NCBI RefSeq assembly: GCF_006345805.1 | Contig: NC_043000.1 | Location: forward strand, 120,590,001-120,654,000 | Length of the DNA stretch: 64,000 nucleotides | Origin: Octopus sinensis | Taxonomy: Eukaryota | Direction of reading: 5' to 3' | Shown here: positions 52,129-64,000 of the stretch, in pieces | Numbering within the stretch: position 1 is the stretch's first letter | Layout of the letters: every line of letters starts with the position of its first letter | Translations under genes and position numbers: made by a program | The notes under the pieces: generated by a model | What the model saw: the letters and a program-made list of their open reading frames with translations, nothing else | Databases searched by the model: none | Told to the model about the DNA's origin: nothing

Positions 52129-53162
52129 TAAGAGATAGGGCAAATATTGCTGAATTTGTCAGTTGTGCATGAAATCTTAAAAACGAGGTTGATGAGGCAG
52201 GATTATTTGACTCATATTATTTTGCTTCTGGTGCTAAGAAATTGCTGACCTTTACTTAATGGGGTGCATTAAACCAGATTATTTTATCCTTCATAATCCA
52301 CTTCTGATATGGAATTTTCGGGAATTCTTCTTAGAATTTATATATACAAACATTGATCGGAAACTCAAGCCTCGTTATGTGTGTAGTTACTTGGAGTCTT
52401 TATGGATGGTGTCATTGATATATTCACTTCAGTTTCTACAGCTGTATACTTTCGTAAAAATTCCATACTGATGATTAGGAGCCTTCGTTGGACAGCGCTT
52501 CTTACGCCGGGTTAATAGTAGTTCAGCTATTTTTCAAGTGGTATGAGTCACTTTCAATGACGTGACCTTACTGACTAGGAAGAATAGTTTTTACCAAAGC
52601 TTTGCGTAAATAGCATCACCTGCTTTCATTTACGATTTGGTCTCATTCATCACGCTTGAATGAAAACATAACTAACAATATAGCGAATCATGAACCGAAA
52701 ACGCGCGCGTGTGTGTGTGTGTGTGTGTGTGTGTGTTCGTGTGTGTTTGTGACTTAAAGGAGAGTAACTACTGTTTGAAATGATATCAATTGTAGCGTTT
52801 CTATTTGTTGCTCTTTTTATTCTGAACGTTTTGTTAATTCTCCATGGTTCTCATGAATTATGAAAAGTGTTGTTAAATCAAATAAAAAGGACAAAAACAA
52901 AAAAAAAATTGCTGCAAGCTTTTATTCTCTTTTAATGACATGAAAAAGAAAATGAACACAACAAATAACCCAAAATGAATAAACAAACGAATTAAATGAG
53001 AACCGGTGTGTTTCAAACGACATGAAATGAATAATTAAATAATTAACTATAAATTATAAATTAAGGTCGACGAAATAATGTAAAACTTCGGGCTATTGAT
53101 GTGGTCCAAATAATTATTTGATTAAAACTCCCTATAAATGTTATTTTATTTATTTTTTATTT

Positions 53163-53471
53163 ATGCGCCCTTTTCAAGCCTAGCCAGGCTCATCGGCCCG
53201 GTTTCCCGGTTTCTGTGGCGTATGTGCTCCTCCCCAGCTTGACGGGATGCTAGTTCATCGCAGGGTTACTCAAGAAACAGGAAGAGAGAGAGAGTGAAAA
53301 AAGTTGGGGCGAAAGAGTACAACAGGGGACGCCACCGCCTCTTGCCGGAGCTTCGTGGAGCTTTTAGGTGTTTTTGCTCAATAAACTCACACAACGTCCG
53401 GTCTGGGAATCGAAACCGCGATCCTCCAACAACGAGTCCGCTGCACTAACCACTGGGCCATTGCGCCTCCA
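53163..53471 (-). mobile_element. chimeric SINE: family K head with family V 3' tail
   Basis: 5' half matches 43749-43925; 3' half matches 26666-26770. Confidence 0.8.
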
Positions 53472-53571
53472 CTCAAATGTTCTTGCAATCTAAAAACCAC
53501 AAGCAACGGGGAAAACTTAAGGAAGATCACTTGTTTCAACTTCTTGGTCGAGATATATAATGTACATTAAA

Positions 53572-53780
53572 GGCAGCGAGCTGGCAGAATCGTTAGCATG
53601 TCGGGCGAAATGCTTACCAGTATTTCATCTGCCGCTACGTTCTGAGTTCAATTTCCGCCGAGGTCGTCTTTGCCTTTCATCCTTTCGGGGTCGATTAAAT
53701 AAGTACCAGTTACGACTTAATCCGTTTGTCTGTCCTTGTTCGTCCCCTCTGTGTAGCCCCTTGTGGGCAGTAAAGAAATA
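53572..53780 (+). mobile_element. family M SINE
   Basis: Imperfect TSD atatat(a/g)atgtac(a/t)tta. Confidence 0.88.
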
Positions 53781-54938
53781 ATATATGATGTACTTTAGTA
53801 TATATCAAGTTTTATAGCAAACTAATGAATGAAACCCACGTATATTTTGACATTAATTAAGTCGTTTCAGCGAAATACATCGTAGTCAGTTGGTATGACT
53901 AAAGGCGATGAATTTATATAGTAATACAAATATACTGAAGTTAATTATAAATACCAACAATATAGATAAATACAACACCTTAAGTCAGTGTTCTTTATAA
54001 ACATTGCAAATACTGTAGGTTCCACATATATAATACAGAAAACTGACAAACTCTACTCAAGTGGTATTATGAAAAAATAGAAAAATAGTTGATTTTGTAG
54101 GCGCGATTAACACTTTCATGAACTTATGTTCATGTAAAAATTATCCTTGACTTTCTAGGAGTGATTAATATTTTTATGAACTTATGTTGTTTCATTTGCT
54201 TATTGTTATTTTTTGACAACTAGCGGGAGTTTCGCTGGCTAATTGCCTGGATAATCTCAACTGATCTAGGTTTATCGATTCTAGTTGCGTTGGAGTTTTG
54301 ACAATTTGGATAAATCAAAAGCATTTGAAGAGGAAGAACATCACTAATTCGAGGCTTCGTTAGAGCAGTCAGTTTTGATCATATTTTCAGAGGCTGGATC
54401 ACTTCAATGTACAACGTAATCTACTTAATGATTAAACTAAAGAGGTTCTTGTCGGAAAATCTTAAGAATAACACGTTTGGTCCATCGAGTGATATTTCTT
54501 GTCTCGTTTCTCTCGTGAGCGGAATTTTACGCTGTTTAGAGACTTTTCATAAGAACTGCGTTATTGAAGAAACGTGTCGACTTGTGCATTTGATACAATC
54601 GTACTGGTACGGGAGAACACGAGAGTCGAGTTGGCTGGTAATGTTTTTAAAGAACGCAAAGCGATGATTATTTGTGGAGAATGTGAACAGTAACATCGCT
54701 ATACATTATCTCTTGAGCATTGCACCTTGCACCTATTTTCACCTAAGCTCCTCGTAATGTTTACTACTTTGATTTCTGTATAAGGCGTGCTTTTCCCGGG
54801 GTTTTTCTGTTGCTAACATCCTCCTTGTGGTAATGTTGCCATTCACTGTCTGCCGATGTCAGTGCTGGATTAGTGAACACAGGGGGTGGGCAGAGGTAGA
54901 TATGCAGTTGTTTAGCTCTTCAGCATTCAGATTATCTA

Positions 54939-55535
54939 GGTGCATGAGTGGGTGTGTGGTGAGTAGCTTGCTTAGCAAACACATGGTTCCGGGTTCAGTC
55001 CCACTGCGTGGCACCTTGTGCAAGTGTCTTCTACTATAGCCTCGGACCGACCGAAGCCTTGAGAGTGGATTTGGTAGACGGAAACTGAAAGAAGACCGTC
55101 GGATATATGTATATATATAAATATTATATATTTGTATGTATCTGTGTGTATATGTTTGTGTGTCTGTATTTATCCCCCCAACATCGCTTGACAACCGTTG
55201 TTGGTGTGTTTACGTCACCCATAACTTAGCGGTTCGGCATGAGGGACGGATAGAATAAGTACTAGGGTTACCAAAAATAACTCCTGGGCGATACTCCAGC
55301 ATGGCCGCAGTCAAATGACGGAAACAAGTAAAAGAGTAATCGTTAGCACGCCGGGCAAAATGTTTAGCAATATTTCATCAGCTGCTATGTTCTAAGTTCA
55401 AATTCCGCCGAGGTCGACTTTACCTTTTATCCTTTCGGGATTGATAAATTAAATACCAGTCAAGTATTGAGATCGATGTGATCGACTATTCCCTCCCCTC
55501 AAATTCCAGGCCTTGTGCCTATAGTAGAAAGGATT
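54939..55535 (+). mobile_element. family C SINE followed by an alternative-tail family M SINE
   Basis: 54939-55337 family C; 55340-55535 family M ending gtgcctatagtagaaagg-(att)n. Confidence 0.85.
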
Positions 55536-55554
55536 ATTATTATCATTATTATTA

Positions 55555-55958
55555 TTTTTTTTCCTTCTTTCTTCAAATTTTCTTCCATTTCTCGCCGGGT
55601 GTTTTCCGTACACCTAGGGCACAGAAGCTCATTGTATGCATTCCCAGATTACACACGCAAATTCATAGATAAAATATATATTTAAAAAATTAATAAATAA
55701 ATAAATTCATGAATGGATGTTGGTTTCACACCGATAATGCTCTTCTCAGTACATGAGCTGTTCCAGTTAACACGATTTTTTGCACTTCCTGTAGGGATGG
55801 TAAGCTTGGTATCATTTTCAAATAGGTTTCCAGTACCTTTTTTTATCATTCCTAGAGATCCTACAATCACTGGTACTGTTGTCGCCTTGAGATGCCACAT
55901 TTTTTCAATTTCTATTAGCAAGTCTTTATATTTACTGATCTTGTCAAATTCTTTCGAA

Positions 55959-55960
<2 letters not shown>
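55555..55960 (-). mobile_element. R4/Dong-like LINE 3' fragment (family A)
   Basis: LIEIEKMWHLKATTVPVIVGSLGMIKKGT; homologous to 61083-61495; bounded by (TTA)n. Confidence 0.88.
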
Positions 55961-56030
<70 letters not shown>

Positions 56031-56034
<4 letters not shown>

Positions 56035-56812
56035 TAGTTTTATTTTTATAGCGTGCTTTCACTTCACTACCGAGCGCAGCTCTGTATGCCTTGGGTATGT
56101 GCTGTGATTTGTTGTGATGCTCTGATGGTTATTGTAAGGAAAGTGTTCTGCGTAGGATGTGTGCAGTGCCTAGTAGTGCAATTTTCTGTATGTTATATGT
56201 GTTTGTAAGTCCTGGTGTTTTTGTTATGTATTTGTCTCAATATTTTTTTATCATGCCTAATGCACCTACTATGATAGGAATTGTTTCTGTTTTCAGGTTC
56301 CACATTCTAGTTACCTCTATTTCCAGGTCTTTGTATTTTGAGAGTTTCTCCATTTCTTTTAGAGACACGTTGTCATCAGCCGGTATTGATACATCAATTA
56401 GAAAGCATTTTTTTTCTTCATGATCTCTGACAACTATATCTGGTCTGTTGGCCTTAATTCTCTATCTGTGTGTATCGGCATATCCCAGAGTATGGTTGCT
56501 TTCTCGTTTTCTGTGACCTTTTCTGGTGTGTGCCTATACCATCTTTTTTCTGTTGTTATTCCATAATGTTGGCATAGCTTCCAATGTATGTAGGTTCCAA
56601 CTCTGTCATGTCTGTGAATATATTCCTTCTTAGCCAGGACTGGGCAGCTAGAGATAATATGATTTATTGTTTCTTGTCCATCTCCACATATTCTGCAGTT
56701 ACTTGTAATATTTCTTTTCATTACATGTTTTTGTTATTTCTGGTGGGGAGGCTTTGGTCTTGTGCTGCAATTAAAAATCCCTCTGTTTCTGCTTTGAGTC
56801 CTGAGCTTCTCA

Positions 56813-56815
<3 letters not shown>
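56031..56815 (-). mobile_element. R4/Dong-like LINE 3' fragment (family B), CCHC plus REL endonuclease
   Basis: LRSSGLKAETEGFLIAAQDQSL, CRICGDGQETINHIISSCP, RHD, ILWD; bounded by (TTA)n. Confidence 0.9.
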
Positions 56816-56891
<76 letters not shown>

Positions 56892-57440
56892 GAGCGAAAG
56901 AGCAGGGCATGCCATCAAAGTGACACTGGGACAAAATATCCCAAGCCAAGTATACCCAACATAACTACTTGTGTGATAAGGGTACACCAGGCACATGAAT
57001 CACAACAATATGTGCGCGACATGGTGATCTCATGTCAAGATAAACAGGGCATGACCCTGCAGGTGGAACGCAGTTAAACTTTTCTTCAGGTCGAGTAGCC
57101 GATCCCGCTGAGAAGGTCTCTGAATAAGACTTCTTTAAGGATGTTGAACGAAACACCTATGTTTCCAGAGATGAGTTATTCAAATTCCAAAGAATTCCTC
57201 TGAACACATAGCTATGATACTCCCCACCACTACGTCTGCCCGTGATCAGAGATGCACATATTATCTGTCACTAAGGGACATGCTCAGTTCGTTAAGGTCA
57301 AGCAAATATGTGGTATTGAGAAGAATATTTGCAGTAGTCCATCTTTTATACCAAGACAAAACAATGTACATGATAACAATTCCAATCAGTTAAGATCGGA
57401 AGCCATGAGAGCCATTGCTTGGTAATGCATCAGGGCATTT
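56892..57440. mobile_element. non-coding element bounded by (TTA)n, probably Dong-associated
   Basis: 550-bp GC-richer block with (TTA)n on both sides, within the Dong stack. Confidence 0.45.
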
Positions 57441-57759
57441 TGTTATTATTATTATTATTATTATTATCATTATTATTATTGTTGTTGTTGTTGTTATTAT
57501 TATTATTATTGTCATTATTATTATTATTATCCTTTGTGTTTCGTGTGATTTGATGTACTTTGCTTCACTATCAGTGTTGTGAATTTATTCATGGCAAAAC
57601 TATGTGCGAATAATATTCGCTATGTGGACCGTTACTATGAGAAGAGTTCTTCGTATTTTCTCCCAGTTGGATGAAAAAGAATTGATTTGCGAATAAAACT
57701 TTACTTTCTCTCGTAAATTGACAAACTGTCTACGCAATGCAGAAACGCCCACCAAAACA

Positions 57760-58900
57760 TGAACCAAAGCAAATCAATTTTTAGAGACAGTAAACTGAAA
57801 GAAGAACGAAAAGTAAAAGAGATCAGGTTACATCGCAGAGGAAAAAAGAAACAACAAATTGTTGCTGGAAATATCAAAATTCTTTCAAAGAATTTAATAC
57901 GAATAACAATACTACCAACAACAAACGAGAAGAAAAAAAGGACATTAGTGAAGAAATAGACCACAGTGATAAAGAAGACCACAACAGCTTCTATTAGTTT
58001 ATGCAAACTCCAATAAACAACTCTAGGCATGAATTACCCACTGGAGAAATATATCTTCCTGGTAGAGCTATGTGACAAAGGAGGATACCTACCTACCGAG
58101 GTCCTTTGAATGCCTGACAAAATAAATATAAAATGTGTATCTCGAAAACCACAGGGGTCATTCTTATGCCCATGAAAGATAGGTTGTTGGTAGCTCTGGT
58201 GTTAGCCGATGGGTAAAACAATATCCCCTTCATCAGATCGCGTGGAATCTATAGGCACCGGCAGAGAATTTAGCCATAACGACATATCACAGAGTTTGAT
58301 ATGTTTTAGGCTGCCATAGATTGCTATTATGGAGACGGTATGTGAGGTCTCCCGTTTTCAGTCCCCAGACCAATGAACAGGAAGCCCATATGCATAATAG
58401 CAAATAAATATTGAATATCAAGAATTCAAGTCCCTTTTACAAAAGTATCACCTTGGAATCACGAAAAAGATGGAAAATGAAGAGTTTTAGCAAAGTGTAA
58501 AGACAATGAAAATAAAAATAGAAAATAGAAGAACAGGTCAAACCAAAACTAAAAATGAGATACAAACGATAAAAGACTAAATAATCTCCAGAAAGAAACC
58601 AAGACCAAGAGGCCTGTCTCTTTCTGTGAAGCCATGAATTTTAAATTGCCGAGACCATTGAAAGAGCGCCTGGTGGATTTCCTGAAAGACTTGCATGAAC
58701 AGAACGGGATTCAGAGGTTTTGGGATTCCGAACAAATAACAAAACAGTATGGACAATACACAGATGGGTGTAATGCCTATGGAAGCTGCTACAACAGTCT
58801 ATTTGCCGATGCATTAGAACTTTCATAAGAATCATGACTCTTTCCTACTCTTTGACTACAAGACTACCCATGGGCCCGTTCGGATTATGACATTTGGAAC
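57760..58900 (+). mobile_element. ancient R4/Dong-like RT remnant
   Basis: Broken peptides resembling GSYGCKDQLL (HSYA-MKDRLLV), FQGDSLSP, YKYLGI (YHLGI) and KNKIQAIN (KNEIQTI), in the expected order. Confidence 0.4.
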
Positions 58901-59114
58901 ACTGTAAGATATACACTGGATTGGCTGGTGATTATAGTTTTGAGGTGAACCGGTAGCTTCCTACCTGTTTACTTAATACTATCTGTTGATATTACTGTAG
59001 ATAATAAAGCTGGTCTTCTATGACCGTCACTTACTTCCTTGCTTTAATTGCACAACCCGTAATTATGGGGAAATCTCATAAAATCCTATCATTTTTCCTC
59101 TTCACAATTTCTCA

Positions 59115-59527
59115 TTTCTTTATCGCCCACAAGGGGCTAAACATAGAGGGGACAAACAAGGACAGACAAACGGATTAAATCGATTACATCGACCTCAGTG
59201 CGTAACTGGTACTTATTTAATCGACCCCGAAAGGATGAAAGGCAAAGACATCCTCGGCGGAATTTGAACTCAGAACTTAACGGCAGACGAAATACCTATT
59301 TCCTCATTGCCCACAAGGGGCCAAACATAGAGGGGACAAACAAAGACAGGCAAAGGGATTAAGTTGATTACAACGACCCCAGTGCGTAACTGGTACTTAA
59401 TTTATCAACCCCGAAAGGATGAAAGGCAAAGTCGACCTCGGCGGAATTTGAACTCAGAACGTAATAGCAGACGAAATACCGCTAAGCAATTCGCCCGGCG
59501 TGCTAACATTTCTGCCAGCTCCCCGCA
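59115..59527 (-). mobile_element. family M SINE, one head plus two body units
   Basis: Junction gaaata|ggtatttcgtctg near 59297. Confidence 0.9.
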
Positions 59528-60047
59528 GCTCCCTCGTTCATACCACTTTCCTGTTAATTCGAATCAACTAACTTGCTTAACATCACAATGCAACATTTTA
59601 CTGATCGTGGTTATGTCAACATTTACATCCTTTTTTTTTCTTTTGCTAGTTTATTGCAATCACTGCAAAAATGGTTAATACTTTCGTCCCCTTTATCACA
59701 CATCTTGTAATCGCTCTGTCAGTTTCATCGATTCTTGACTTTTTAAAATTCGTTCTAATGACTTGCTAATGAACGGCTATAATTAGCGATTCAGATTTCT
59801 GTTTCCGTTTACCATTTGTCAACCACTACAGCAGACTTCACTTTCAGCATCCTCGTTTTCTACTACGGATTGGCTATACATTTGTGTTTCCAGCTATTTG
59901 TCCACTACTCTTAAATTCTTTTACTGTTTCAGTTATTGCTTCAGTAATTCTAACCACAGGTAATAGTCTTCCCTTACTAAGCATAACATAAATATTAAAA
60001 TCCCAACACGTAACACTGATGGTATTTCTTTTTTGCATTTAGTAGGA

Positions 60048-60247
60048 GGCGGTGAGCTGGCAGAAACGTTAGCACGCCGGGCGAAATGCGTAGCCGTATT
60101 TCATCTGCCGTTACGTTATGAGTTCAAATTCCGCCGAGGTCGACTTTCATCCTTTCGGGGTTGATAAATTAAGTACCAGTTACGCACTGGTGTCCATATA
60201 ATCGACTTAATCCGTTGTCTGTTCTCGTTTGTCCCCTCTGTGTTTAG
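60048..60247 (+). mobile_element. family M SINE
   Basis: Flanked by an imperfect duplication ggtatt..ttttttgcatt. Confidence 0.85.
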
Positions 60248-60417
60248 GTATTTTTTGCATTATATATATATTTATATATATAAGCGGGTGATTTATTTCC
60301 CCTTTGGTCTTAGCAAGCTCATGTGCAGGTCTGGGTTTTCTTACTATAGATTTCTTCCTACCAAGTGAGGTATTTCCCGTCATTCTATACCTGTATAATA
60401 ATTATTATTGTTATTAT

Positions 60418-61030
60418 TCAGTAGTCTTATTTTCATAGCGTGCTTCCACTTCACTACCGATCGCAACTCTGTGTGACTTGGGTATGTGCTGTGGTTTGTT
60501 GTGATGCTCCTATTTTTATTGCATTGAAAATCTTTTACGTAGGATGTGTGCGGTGCCTGGTAGTGCTATTTTCTGTATGTTATACAGGGTGCGACAGAAA
60601 TACCTCCCACATTTGAAAGGTTGATAAAAGGGAAAAGAGACAACATTTATGAAAAACTAATTTTACTGTTGTTTAAACAAACGGTTACAGTTTCTGTTTA
60701 TTAGCTAAATGAAAACATCATTGGTACTTGCATGAGTTCATTAGCAACACATAGGCGAAAGTTTAAGATGTCGGAGGTATTTCTGCCGCACCCTGTATAT
60801 ATTTGTTAGTCTTGGTGTTTTTGCTATGTATTTGTCAGAATATATTTTATCATACCTAACGCGCATACTGTAATAGGAATTGTTTCTGTTTTTAAACTCC
60901 ACATTCCAGTTACCTCTATTTCCAGATCTTAGTATTTTCAAAGTTCCTCCGTTTCTTTTAGCGAAACATTGTCATCTGTTGGTATTGATACATCGATTAG
61001 AAAGCATTTCTTTTTCTTGAACTCAGACAA
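60418..61030 (-). mobile_element. R4/Dong-like family B 3' fragment, interrupted by a MITE
   Basis: Homologous to 56031-56450. Confidence 0.85.
60585..60795. mobile_element. Tc1/mariner MITE with TA TSD
   Basis: cagggtgcgacagaaatacctcc ... ggaggtatttctgccgcaccctg; the empty site is visible in the paralogous LINE near 56190. Confidence 0.9.
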
Positions 61031-61082
61031 TCCGGCCTAGTGACCTTTATTATTATTATTGTTATTATTATTATTATTACTT

Positions 61083-64000
61083 TTTTTTTTTCTTTCAAAT
61101 TTTCTTCCATTTCTTGCCGAGTGTCTTCCCGACTCCTAGGGCAAAGAAACTCATAGTGTATATTGGTAGGCCATTAAACCAAACTCAGTAGTTCGTTCAT
61201 TATTTATTTATTTATTTTTTTTTTTTAAAGTTAAATTAAAATACATGAGCAGCAACAGTTCTCACATCGACAATGCTCTTCTCAATACGTGTGATGTACC
61301 AGTTAAGACAATCTTTTGCACTTCTTGCAGGGATGGTAAGCCAGGGATCATTCTCATATAATTTTCGGTTCCCTTCTTGATCATTCCTAGTGCTCCTACG
61401 ATCACTGGTATTGTAACCGCCTTGAGATGCCACATTTTCTCAATTTCAATGAGTAGGTCTTTATATTTTCTGAGCTTGTCAAACTCTTTCGCTGAGATAT
61501 TATGATCACAGGGGATGCTCAAGTCGATCAATAAGCAAACTTATTGTTTTGGTCTTTCACAACAATATCTGGTTTATTGGCCTTGATGGTTCGGTCTGTA
61601 TGTACTGGAAAGTCCCACAGAATGGTTACATTTTCTCCTTCAGTTACAGCCTCAGGGTGGTGATTATACCACTTGTCGGCAGTTTTGATATTGTAATGCC
61701 GACTTATTAGCCAGTGGAGATATTGGCCAACACTGTCATGTCTTAATTTATACTCCACTGGTGCTAAGACTTTACATCCAGAGATTAGGTGGTCCACTGT
61801 TTCAATCATGTCGTTGCAGAATCGGCATTTTTGGTCTGCTCCATTTTTCATCACATTGGCCTGGTAGTTCCGGGTTAATAGGCTTTGGTCTTGAGCAGCC
61901 AGGATGAAACCTTCGCTCTCTGCTTTTAGCCCTGAGCTCCGCAGCCACTGATGGGTTTGCTTCTGGTCAACATCAGCTTGTTTGCTACGGGTCACATATT
62001 TGCCGTGCAGAGGTTTCTCCTCCCACCTATCAGCCAATTGCTCGTGCGCTTTTTTCATTGCCATCATTTTCACCTTCTTTGCAACAATAGTTGCCGTACT
62101 TCCCTCGGGTTGTTCAGTTTGGGTATCCTGCACGAGATCAATAGCAAATTGTTTGCTTTCCTTGATGATAGAATGAAGCTTCTTTCGTCTCTCGGATTTT
62201 CACGAGCTTTAGCATCCAGTCATTCGATATTTCGAGATATTTGGCCAGTCCAATTGTGGTTGTTTTGTAAGCTAGTTCGAATTGGATCAGGCCTCGACCT
62301 CCTTGGGCTCTGGGAGGTAAAGGCGATCTACGTCTGCCTTTGGGTGGTGCATCCTATTACAACTCAGCAGCTTGCGTATTTTCTATCTATATTCTTTACT
62401 TCACTCATATTCCAGTTAAACACATTGTAGCTATAAGTAACAACTGGAACTGCTAAGGAATTTATAGCTAACACCTTGTTACGTGCATTTAGTTCAGATT
62501 TCAGGACTGCACGAACTCTCCTATAACATTCCTCCTGATTTTCTCTTTCATGCTTGCATGCTGAATACCAGAGCCTTCATTTATCCCTAAATATTTGTAT
62601 GTCTGTTCTTGCTCAAGCTCTCTTATGGACTGTGTCAACATCTAACACGACTGAATTTGTGGTCTTCACTTTCCCTTTCTGGAAAGTGGCCTTGGCACAC
62701 TTCTCAAGTCCAAACTCCATCCCGATGGCATCGCTGAATGCTTTCACGGTGTGCAATAGGCCTTCAAGTTCATTATTGTCTTTACCATAAAGTTTTAAGT
62801 CATCCATATAAAATAGATGGCTTATTTTTTTATTGGCAATTTTATACCCATACCCTGTTCTGTTTAATTCACTTGTAAGGTGTATTAGGGCTATGCAGAA
62901 TATTAAAGGTGAAAGTGAGTCACCTTGAAAAATTCCACAGTTGATGTTTATATTTTCTGAGGCAAGTACTCCATTAGAGTGGTATAATTGGAGATTCGTA
63001 TTCCACAACGACATATTGTGCTTCAGGAAGTTTGAAATCACAGGGGAAATTTTAAGATGTCCAGCGATCTCAAGATCCATGGATGCGGTATACTGTCGAA
63101 GGCCTTTTTATAGTCAATCCATGCGGTGCTGAGATTTCTGCGCTTGTTGTGACAGTTCTCAAGGATCATACGATTGATTAGCAGTTGATCTTTGCATCCG
63201 TAAGAGCCTCGGCGGCACCCTTTTTGTTCAATGGGGAAAATATCGTTCTTCTCCATGAATGCATATGTTTTCTCCGCCAGGATAGATGTTAGGATTTTAT
63301 ACGTGGTGGATAGACAGGTTATAGGCCGATAGTTTTTTGGAAGGTTGGTTTCGTTATTCTTTGGGAGTAGGTAAGTAATGCCACTTGCTAACCATTCAGG
63401 TGTTTTCTTTGGGTCTCTCAAAATTCCATTGAGCAGCTGAACTAGCTTACCGTGTGCGCACGGGAGCGATGCGAGCCAGAAATTCGGCACCCTATCTTTA
63501 CCGGGGGATTTCCAATTATGGGCCTTCGTGAGTGCCTTTCTTAGGTCTGCTATTGTGATGTCTTCCCATGCTTGTTGTTGTAAATTTTGGTAGGATCCTT
63601 CAGTTTGTATAATCCAGTCTGCATTTATGTTGTACGTCTTCTTGTCACTCCAAATCCTTTCCCAAAAGTTTTGAACTTCTTCCATGGGAGGGGGGTCTTT
63701 AACGGTTACTTTCTCCTTCCCTATTTCTCTGTAGAATTTTTTGGCATTGGATGTGAACAGCTTATTTTGCTTGTAAAACTGTTTCTCTTCTCAAATCTTC
63801 GTATTCTTTGGGCTTTTGCTTGGACTTTTTGTTTCAGCGTTTCTTTTATTGATATCAGTTCTTCTCTTGGTGAGGATCCAAATTTTCTCTTCATCTTTCT
63901 TCCTGTTCTGGATCTTACATCATTTCCACATATTAGTTCATTTAATATTGATATTTCCCCTCTCATAAATTCAATCTCTTTTTCAATTTTACTTCTCCAG
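61083..64000 (-). mobile_element. R4/Dong-like REL non-LTR retrotransposon (family A), frameshifted, continuing beyond the window
   Basis: WKSPGKD, NYRPITCL, KAFDSIPH, GIFQGDSLSPL, FYMDDLKL, CRFC..ETVDHLISGC, RHD, KPDIVV...IDLSIP...K; 3' end abuts (TTA)n. Confidence 0.95.

Noticed and set aside
58634-58828. 64-aa ORF that looks like a terminal exon
   Set aside because: Lies colinearly within a decayed Dong-like RT remnant.

Overview
AT-rich, microsatellite-saturated non-coding animal DNA. The SINE families and the (TA)n/(CA)n/(GATA)n load are most consistent with an octopus (coleoid cephalopod) genome; this is inference, not a database match. I found no intact host gene, and most ORF-track entries are translated microsatellites. 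The window is a mosaic of transposable elements: mariner/Tc1/Tigger fragments and MITEs, three or four tRNA-derived SINE families (over 25 copies), a 5'-truncated Tx1-like LINE in (TCTA)n, R4/Dong-like REL-LINEs stacked in (TAA)n, RTE and I/Jockey-like remnants, and Penelope-like (GIY-YIG/RT) remnants. The most striking signal is about ten minimal type I hammerhead ribozyme motifs (CTGANGA...GAAA-short palindromic loop-GTH, closed by stem I). Most sit in short ORF-less elements embedded in microsatellites, mainly (TA)n. Two of these elements are terminally redundant 1.1-mer and 1.3-mer units (349 and ~467 nt), suggesting retrozyme-like circular-RNA retroelements mobilised by Penelope-like elements. 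A second system is a Meta-domain SINE whose 3' tail matches the Tx1-like LINE end and which appears to insert into a fixed site within itself. A possible decayed class A GPCR pseudogene lies near 39.4-40.5 kb. All motifs were read and folded by eye; no search or folding program was run.
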